This document shows, piece after piece, positions 55,726 to 64,000 of a stretch of DNA of 64,000 bases (positions are counted from its first letter, which is position 1; every line of letters begins with the position of its first letter). Below the pieces are notes generated by a model. It ran no database searches. It saw only the letters and a program-made list of their open reading frames with translations, and was not told where the DNA came from. The translations under genes were made by a program, and so were the position numbers. This DNA comes from Octopus vulgaris (lineage: Eukaryota). Location of the stretch: contig OX597827.1 of the NCBI GenBank assembly GCA_951406725.2, positions 42,842,001 through 42,906,000 on the forward strand, given 5' to 3'.

Positions 55726-56140
55726 AGGCGTAGGAGAGGTTGTGTGACAAGTAGCTTGCTTACCAACCACGTGGTTCTGGGTTCAGTCCCACTGCGTGGC
55801 ACCTTGGGCAAGCGTGTTCGACTATAGTCTCGGGCCGACCAAAGCCTTGTGAGTGGATTTCGTAGACGGAAACTGAAAGAAGCCCGTCGTATATAGGGAT
55901 ATGTATGTGCGTATGTGTGTGTATATGTTTCTGTGTCTGTGTTTGTTCCCCCAACATCACTTGACATCCGATGCTGGTGTGTTTACGCCCCCGTGACTTA
56001 GCGGTTCGGCAAAAGAGACCGATAGAGCAAGTACTAGGCTTACAAAGAATAAGTCCTGGGGTCGATTTGTTCGACTAAAGGTGGTGCTTCAGTATGGCCA
56101 CAGTCAAATGACTGAAACAAATAAAAGAGTAAAAGAGAGT
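55726..56140 (+). mobile_element. SINE A, full-length
   Basis: Matches the family. Confidence 0.85.
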
Positions 56141-56595
56141 AATATATATATTTATATATATATAGTCAACGCTGAAAAATCACATCTTTATTTTAGTTGA
56201 TGCCTTAAAAATCCAACAATTGTGTCAATTTCATTAACATATGCATACATATATACATTCATACGCACACACACACACATGCACACATAAACATACATAA
56301 TGTTATTAAAAATCAATAATATTTACGATAATTTATGTCAACACAACATTGTCAATTTAATCCATATTGGTGAAATTTTAACTGAACATCCGAAAACATT
56401 TTAACAGTTAAAAACGCTCACAAAAAGAAACGCCAGACCAAATTTAGCTTCACACATTCATTTATTCAACCAAGAGCGATGTCAACGAATAACCAATTTA
56501 GTTTATAAAAATATAATATTAAAAAAATACCATATTGATTCCATATTTTTTGACAATCTACATTTAAAAAAATATCTGTATGTGGACATGAATTT

Positions 56596-56804
56596 ACGTT
56601 AGCATGCCGGGCGAAATGCTTAGCGGTATTTTGTCTGCCGCTACGTTCTGAGTTCAAATTCCGCCGAGGTCGACTTTGCCTTTCATCCTTTCGGGGTCGA
56701 TAAATTAAGTACCAGTTCACTGGGGTCGATGTAATCGACTTAATCCGTTTGTCTTTCCTTATTTGTCCCGTCTGTGTTTAGCCCCTTGTGGGTAGTAAAG
56801 AAAT
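56596..56804 (+). mobile_element. SINE D
   Basis: Matches the family. Confidence 0.85.
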
Positions 56805-56822
56805 ATATATATATATATATTC

Positions 56823-56986
56823 TTCGTCGCCCTTTTCAAGCCTAGCCAGACTCATGGGCCCGGTTTCCTGGCTTCTGTGGCGTATGTGTTCCCCCCAGCT
56901 GGACGGGACGCCAGTCCATCGCAGCGTTACTCAAGAAACAAGAAGAGAGAATGAGAGTACAACCCCTGTTGTACTCTTTCGCCACA

Positions 56987-56990
<4 letters not shown>
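56823..56990 (-). mobile_element. SINE tail 2 with a small fold-back
   Basis: Matches 4110-4236; gagtacaac-ccct-gttgtactc inversion. Confidence 0.7.
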
Positions 56991-57074
<84 letters not shown>

Positions 57075-57080
<6 letters not shown>

Positions 57081-57381
57081 ATCGACCAGGCTATCAGGTG
57101 TTGCTACATATCGCTGGTCACAATGCGCTTCGCATTGTTGTTTTTTAGCCTTCAAATGACGCCACCCCGCTGGCTAAGCGAGCAAACTAGCAGAAGAAAG
57201 AGTGAGAGAAAGTTGTGACGAAAGAGTACAGCAGGGATCGCCACCACCCCCTGCCGGAGCCTCGTGGAGCTTTTAGGTGTTTTTGCTCAATAAACACTCA
57301 CAACGCCCGGTCTGGGAATCGAAACCGCGATCCCACGACCGCGAGTCCGCTGCCCTAACCACTGGGCCATTGCGCCTCCAC
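57075..57381 (-). mobile_element. SINE head B + a third tail type
   Basis: Head B continues into tcgcttagccagcggggtggcgtcatttgaaggc...tcgatcacgtg, unlike tails 1 and 2. Confidence 0.7.
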
Positions 57382-57409
57382 ATATATATATAGTCGTACA
57401 ATGGTGCAC

Positions 57410-58034
57410 ACAGTAGAATCTCGCAGTATGTGTGCACCATTGTACGACTAATTTACTGTACGAGCCGAGGGTTGTGAGGATTTTTGTCTTGAAGCACGAT
57501 CGGAAATTCGCAGTACGAGCGAGTTTCATTCAAGCGATTTTGCTAGTTGGCGCTGAGCTCGCACACGCTCTTCCAACAAGCGCAGTCTCCGCTCGCTCAG
57601 TTCCCGTATTTATCTCGTTGTGGCAGCATCCCTATCTTTAGTTTTGTGCGCTTCTGCTATTATATATAATAATTAGTTGCGTTAGCCATGGATCCTGAGA
57701 AGGACCGAAAAGAAAAAGCTGATTACGATAGAATTGAAGAAGGAAATCGTTGATAAACAGGAAAGGGGAGTGTGTGTAGTGGATATACTAAGTCAAATCG
57801 ATCGAAGCATCGACGATCTGCACCTTCCTGAAAAAAAAAGAAAATGACGAAATCAAGGCCGTTACAACAGCCAAAGGTTGCCTTCAGGCTCTCTAAGCAA
57901 CGCACATCTGACCATGAACAGATGGAAAAATTGCTTCTCCTGTTGATCAACGAGAAGCAACTCACAGGGGATACGATTACGGAGACTATCATCTGCGAGA
58001 AAGCACGAGCCCTGTATGGGGATCTCCTGAAGCA

Positions 58035-58036
<2 letters not shown>
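57410..58036 (+). mobile_element. Tigger/pogo transposon 5' fragment (CENP-B-type HTH)
   Basis: KKLITIELKKEIVDK; HEQMEKLLLLLINEKQLTGDTITETIICEKARALYGDL. Confidence 0.85.
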
Positions 58037-58088
<52 letters not shown>

Positions 58089-58116
58089 AAAGAAAAACAG
58101 GGTGCAAAGGATTTAA

Positions 58117-58187
58117 CGGTACATATGTTTCTGGCTTTATCAATGCATAATTGATGTAACATGTATGTCAATAGCCTTCTTCAGTCG
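58117..58187 (-). ncRNA. Type I hammerhead ribozyme motif
   Basis: Reverse strand: cga-CTGAAGA-a-ggct...agcc-a-GAAAC-atat-GTA-ccg; stem III palindrome ACATATGT; one stem I mismatch. Confidence 0.65.
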
Positions 58188-58224
58188 CGCACAATTACCA
58201 CACCAAAGACATGTATTACATTAT

Positions 58225-58297
58225 AGCAAACCTGCTATAATGTAATACAAGAAGAAAGTGTGAAGGAGGCTAAAAGAAATAATAAAAGAGTTGTACA

Positions 58298-58357
<60 letters not shown>

Positions 58358-58790
58358 TTACATACAGGAGACCAAAAGTGTACGTACAGTGTATATGTAT
58401 ATATAAAAAAATGGAACAAGAACGTAACAAGCGACAACAAAATATTCGGACAATTAGACGATAAGGAAAAGGACTGGAAAAAAAGACGGGTCATTCGGAG
58501 CTTCCTATCCTCAGTCGAGTTCCAGATCATCTTTGCAGTTTCAGCCGGTTACTCTCAAGGCTGCTCTAATCTGGCCGGCCCCAAGAAAGTTTTAGCTATA
58601 GCACTAGATTCTGTAGAAGAAAGCTACCGAATGTATACAAAATCAAGGACGAAAAAAAAATCGGAGAAATGGTACACAATTATAAATACAAACAACAGGA
58701 CATTAACAACAGGTGTCTTTCGACTAAGGACGAATTGAATTATGCTGGTGTGTGTGGGAGTGAAGCCTTACAGCAGGAACATAGAAGATG
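58225..58790 (-). mobile_element. Family E fragment
   Basis: Reverse complement matches parts of 59959-60930. Confidence 0.7.
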
Positions 58791-58821
58791 AAAGTCATGG
58801 GAAGGAATATAAAGAGAATCC

Positions 58822-58856
<35 letters not shown>

Positions 58857-59414
58857 ATACTTATTCGTTAAGGCAAGATCAACAAAAAAGTACTCCGTCC
58901 GATGAGAGATAAATATTACTTAATGCACACTCCATATAACTATTAGCTACTAATTGTTTCATCCATTGAAGATGCTTTCTAGACAGGTTTGAATAACGCC
59001 CCTACTATCTCCAAGTAATCTTCAGCCTTTGGGCACTTAGCCAATACAAACCAAGAATCCATTGTCCCGAATAGGCTAAAAATTACTTGGAGACACTAAG
59101 CATGTTTTAAAACCTGCCTAGATAATATCTCCGATGTATGAAACTGATAGTAGCTCATAACTATATACTGTGTGAATTAAACAATATGTGTGTATGCCGA
59201 CGGCCCACGTATGTGTGAGTTAACACTTATTATGAAGGGTGTGGTTGAATATTAAATGCATCTGGTTAGATCTTTTGTTGGCGGTACCACGGTAGAGTTG
59301 CTTTTTTGCTGTTGTGGTTTGTGTTGTTATTATTATTACTAGTTTTCTTTGTGTTTTGTTTGTGTTGTTATTGCTGTTATGTAAAGTTTGTAATGCAGTT
59401 TATGCATTCATGCA

Positions 59415-59481
<67 letters not shown>

Positions 59482-59545
59482 ATGAATGTATGTATGTATA
59501 ATACATACATACATACATACATACATACATACATACATACATACA

Positions 59546-59578
<33 letters not shown>

Positions 59579-59905
59579 TTGCACAGAGATATGTATGCCT
59601 TTTTATTTGTTACTTCTTTCAGTCCTCCTGCGCAGCCATGACTGCGGCCATGCTGGAACACTGCCTTTAACTGTTTTAACTCATCGAGTCGACTGGCACT
59701 TATATTTTTTAAGCCTGTTACTTACACTATCAGCATTTTTCTTACCGAATCGCTGGATAACGGGATATAAACAAAAACCGATGTCAAATGGTTGTTGGGC
59801 GCACACATACACACACACACATACAAGATATTCGCACAGAAACACATACACATATATCTTTATATTTACAGACATATATATATATATATTTAAATATATA
59901 TATAC

Positions 59906-59958
<53 letters not shown>

Positions 59959-59960
<2 letters not shown>

Positions 59961-60924
59961 CAATCTCGGGTATAACCAGCCGAAATCGCAAAGCTAATCT
60001 GGAACTCGACTGAGGAAAGGAAACTCCGAATGACCCGTCCTTATTTTCTTTGTAACGTCTGTTTGGATGTTTTGTTGTCCCATTTTTGTATCACCTAACT
60101 GTCTGGATGTTTTGCGTTCTTGTCCCATTTTTGTACTTTTTATATATAAAAATATAGCGGCGTACGTACAGTTTGGTCTCTTATATGTAAGTACATATAT
60201 ATCTAAATTTTGTGCGACTCTATTATTCTTTCTATTCTTTCATTCTTTCCTTCTTTCTATCAACCCCATAACACTTACTTCGTTCATTCTACTCTTCGTT
60301 CTTTCGTTCCCCCTCTCTCACATTTCCTGGCCTTCTCTTAATGCTCACCTTCCCTCCTCTTTCACATCACTCTGTCTGTCCCTTTCATTTTTTCTCGCCC
60401 ATCCTTAATTCTTCTATACCTCTGCCTCTAACACTCTCTTCTCTCCCCACGTGACCGGTGTTCGGCCAAACCTGACCTTTCTTTCTTAGTTCGATTACCA
60501 TCCGTGCAACATCTATATTTCTTCCTGTGACTGACAAATCTAATGTCCCTGCCATAAATTATTACTTCCAAACACGCCAGCTTAATTCGTCCTTAGTCGA
60601 AAGACACCCGTTGTTAATGTCCTGTTATTTGTATTTGTGTACCATTTCTCCGTTTTTTCCGTCCTTGTTTTCGTATATATTAGCTGCTTTCTTCCAAGGA
60701 ATCTAGTGCTCTTAGCTTAGTTTTTTCTTGGGGCTGGCCACATTAGAGCAATCTCGAGTATAATCAGCCGAAACTGCAAAGATAATCTGGAGCCCGACTG
60801 AGGAAAGAAAACTCCGAATGACCCGTCCTCGTTTTCCTTGTATCGTCTATCTGGATGTTTTGTTGTCCCCCTTTTTTGTATCACCTAACTGTCTAGATGT
60901 TTTGCGTTCTTGTCCCATTTTTGT

Positions 60925-60930
<6 letters not shown>
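59959..60930 (+). mobile_element. Family E element with ~180 bp terminal direct repeats, in (TA)n
   Basis: 59959-60137 resembles 60747-60926; CT-rich interior with cacgtgac...ggcc as in 16947-18480. Confidence 0.75.
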
Positions 60931-60960
<30 letters not shown>

Positions 60961-61227
60961 TATATATGCATCTATATGCATATGTATACATACAGAAATA
61001 AATAGATATTATTATGTATATATTTACACATATAAACATAAATCACAATATATGGCTTCAGCTAAACCGGTGTCACTCATAAAAGAGCTCGTTAATGTAC
61101 CATTCTACAAAACGCATAAAATATATAATACAATAGAAAAGGCAAACATAAGGAGTGTATAAAATTATAAATAGAGAAATATACTATCATAAAAATATTT
61201 TAAAACAATTGTGACAATTATTGGCAA

Positions 61228-61895
61228 ATGACACTGATGGTCCTATGGAAAACATTCGTCCTCAGCCGCTTGGACTACTGCTCCCAACTGTGGTCACCAC
61301 ACAATATAAAACTAACAGCAGAACTCGAAGCAATTCAGAGAAGCTACACATGGCCACAGCTCATTAGCTGAAACTGGAAAATCAAAATCAAAATCAAAAT
61401 CAAAGAAAATCGTCTCAATGCAAAATATCAGCTACTGGGAAAGACTGAAGGTATTAAACCTCTTCTCCCTAAAGCGGAGGCGGGAGAGATATGCGGTGAT
61501 ATACATCTGGAAAATCCTGGAGGCTCTTGTCCCAAACTTTGGCATTCAAAGTTACCCCAACCGCAGAACGGGGCGCCACTGCATGGTGCCAAGGATTCCA
61601 ACATCACCATCAAAATATAGGTCCAGATACTGCAACAGCTTGGGTTTCAGAGGACCACAGCTCTTTAACATCCTCCCTAAATGCCTGAGAGACTTACATG
61701 GTGTGGATGTGGGTTTCTTTAAAACTAAACTGGATCTCTTCTTGTCGGGAGTCCCAGATGAACTTACCTCACGACAGGAGACGCGGATGCGGGCAGCAGC
61801 AACCAACTCCCTTGTTGATGAAGTGTAGCTCATTCAGCGGTGGTGCCCCAGCATGGCCGCGGCCTTCGGGCTGAAACATTTTTAAGGATTTAAGG

Positions 61896-61900
<5 letters not shown>
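61228..61900 (+). mobile_element. CR1-group LINE 3' fragment (ORF2 C-terminus and 3' UTR), interrupted by a 52 bp insert
   Basis: LWKTFVLSRLDYCSQLWSPH..LEAIQRSYT / KKIVSMQNISYWERLKVLNLFSLKRRRERY..GPQLFNILP; ends in (tttaagga)n. Confidence 0.88.
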
Positions 61901-61938
<38 letters not shown>

Positions 61939-61940
<2 letters not shown>

Positions 61941-62184
61941 AGGTGGCTCAAAGGTTGGTTTACTGTTATCACGTAGTCCTTTTAAATTTCTTATTACATT
62001 TCAAGTTTTATCTTACAAACTAAAAAGGGAGCTTGACAAAATTAACTAAATTAACATAAATTAATGGTTTCATATTGTTTAATTTAAACTTTTTGTTTGT
62101 TTTTGTAATTAAGATATAATCTGCTAATATATGAACGCGAAAGCGATAGTTGAATAACTGTAAACCTACTTTTGGGCCACCTTG
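61939..62184. mobile_element. Tc1-like MITE with ~30 bp TIRs
   Basis: caaggtggctcaaaggttggtttactgttat / ataactgtaaacctacttttgggccaccttg. Confidence 0.75.
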
Positions 62185-62193
62185 TGTGTGTGT

Positions 62194-62344
<151 letters not shown>

Positions 62345-62621
62345 TAGAAGGAGAGAGAGAAAGAGAGAGAGTGTAAAAGGGATAATATATCCTGGCGGAT
62401 ATGGTGTTGCTCCTTAAATTGGTTTAGATGCTGGCTATTCACGGCTGTCTATTATTGAGTACACAAGCTTAAAAAGAGATAATGGCACTAGTAAACTTCA
62501 CTCGGCGGGTAATCTCTACTCCCCTCTTCAAATTAACACAGAAAAAGGACCCTTCATCAGTTGTTAGCTGTCTATCTACTCCTCATTTTCAGCATTTAAC
62601 CACACACACACGAACGCACAA

Positions 62622-62694
<73 letters not shown>

Positions 62695-63191
62695 TATCAA
62701 AAGTAAAATGTAAACCTTTGTATAAGCTTTGATGTGTTAAGTACTGGCTATCACAGAAGTATTAAAATACAGCTATACATTCTTTGATAATGATAAGAAA
62801 ATGTAAAAAACAGTTTATAAGAAAGTATTCTAGAAAGTATTCAAGAACGGGACTACAATAAGTATTTTGAGTTCAATAAAAATCATGTTTGTTTGGTAGT
62901 ATATATATATATATATATATACAGAAGGAGATATATTTAAGAATTTACAAAAAATTGGAGAGGAATAACCGACCTGTCTGTCTGACATTTTCTGTCTTGT
63001 GTGTAGCTAAGCAATGTTTGCTATTTTGAGGGATAATGTGGGAGGTTTGTTGGCGGAGTGCGGAGAGAAATGAGGAATCAAAAAGATTTTTTTTTGTTTC
63101 TTGGCTAGTCTGTCATGGTTCAGTGGTTTTGGAGACTTGTCTTAGAGGTCAGAATGGTGTGAGTGAATGTGTGTGTCTCTGTGCACGTCTC

Positions 63192-63271
<80 letters not shown>

Positions 63272-63418
63272 TGTGTGTGTGTGTGCTTGTGTTTGTGTGT
63301 GTGGGCGGGGGTGGTTGGTGATGTGTGTGTGACCCCCAACTGAGATTCTTTACATGCTTGACTGAGTGTAGCTTCAGAAACATATAAGTAAAAATTAAGG
63401 ATAATACACGCGCGCACG

Positions 63419-63465
<47 letters not shown>

Positions 63466-63694
63466 GCACACACACACACGCGCACACACACACATACACA
63501 CACGCATAATGAAGAGACGAGATCCAGAGATTCTCAGTCTTGAAAACACTTGGTAGCGCTCAAATGAATGGTACTTAGATTCCGATGTATGTTCGAGGGA
63601 CCAATTCCGTGGGGGAAAGAATGGCTTTAAGAGAAATCAAAGTGAGCAGATATGGAGGCAATTATGCAGTTAAACAAATTAAATAAAATAGCTC

Positions 63695-63734
<40 letters not shown>

Positions 63735-63943
63735 ATGCAAACAAAGAGAGAGAGTGTAAAGACTCAAAACTCCCAGTCGATAAATATTTACGTATAAATA
63801 TTTAGATATTTATATTAACAGATCAAACTTACAAAGTACGAAACGAAAGAGAAAATTAAAGGGGGTGTATACATATATACATATTTTGTATATCAAACCT
63901 AAGCTGTCATATTTAGTTTGTTTATCCGCATAATTGCCGCCCC

Positions 63944-64000
<57 letters not shown>

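Overview
AT-rich, extremely repeat-dense eukaryotic DNA, almost certainly intronic or intergenic. The tRNA-headed SINE families and dense (TA)n/(CA)n/(TATG)n/(AAT)n microsatellites point to an octopus genome (inference). I found no confident host protein-coding exon, and nearly all listed ORFs are microsatellite translations. The window holds about 18 copies of a ~400 bp SINE (family A), shuffled-module SINEs (heads B and C with three different tails), a Nin/Deu-domain-like SINE (family D) with a 184 bp tandem array, decayed mariner, Tc1, Tigger and hAT DNA transposons and MITEs, and CR1- and RTE-type LINE fragments. The main unexplained signal is about 15 type I hammerhead-ribozyme motifs (CUGANGA...GAAAC-palindrome-GUH) spread across several otherwise unrelated Penelope-like or retrozyme-like repeats. 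Their stems covary, and stem III is nearly always a different palindrome. One sits inside a highly structured 362 bp tandem repeat. Separately, a CR1-type LINE 3' end, a 52 bp micro-insertion and SINE A share one 3' stem-loop with compensatory changes. All structures were read by eye and coordinates are approximate to a few bases.
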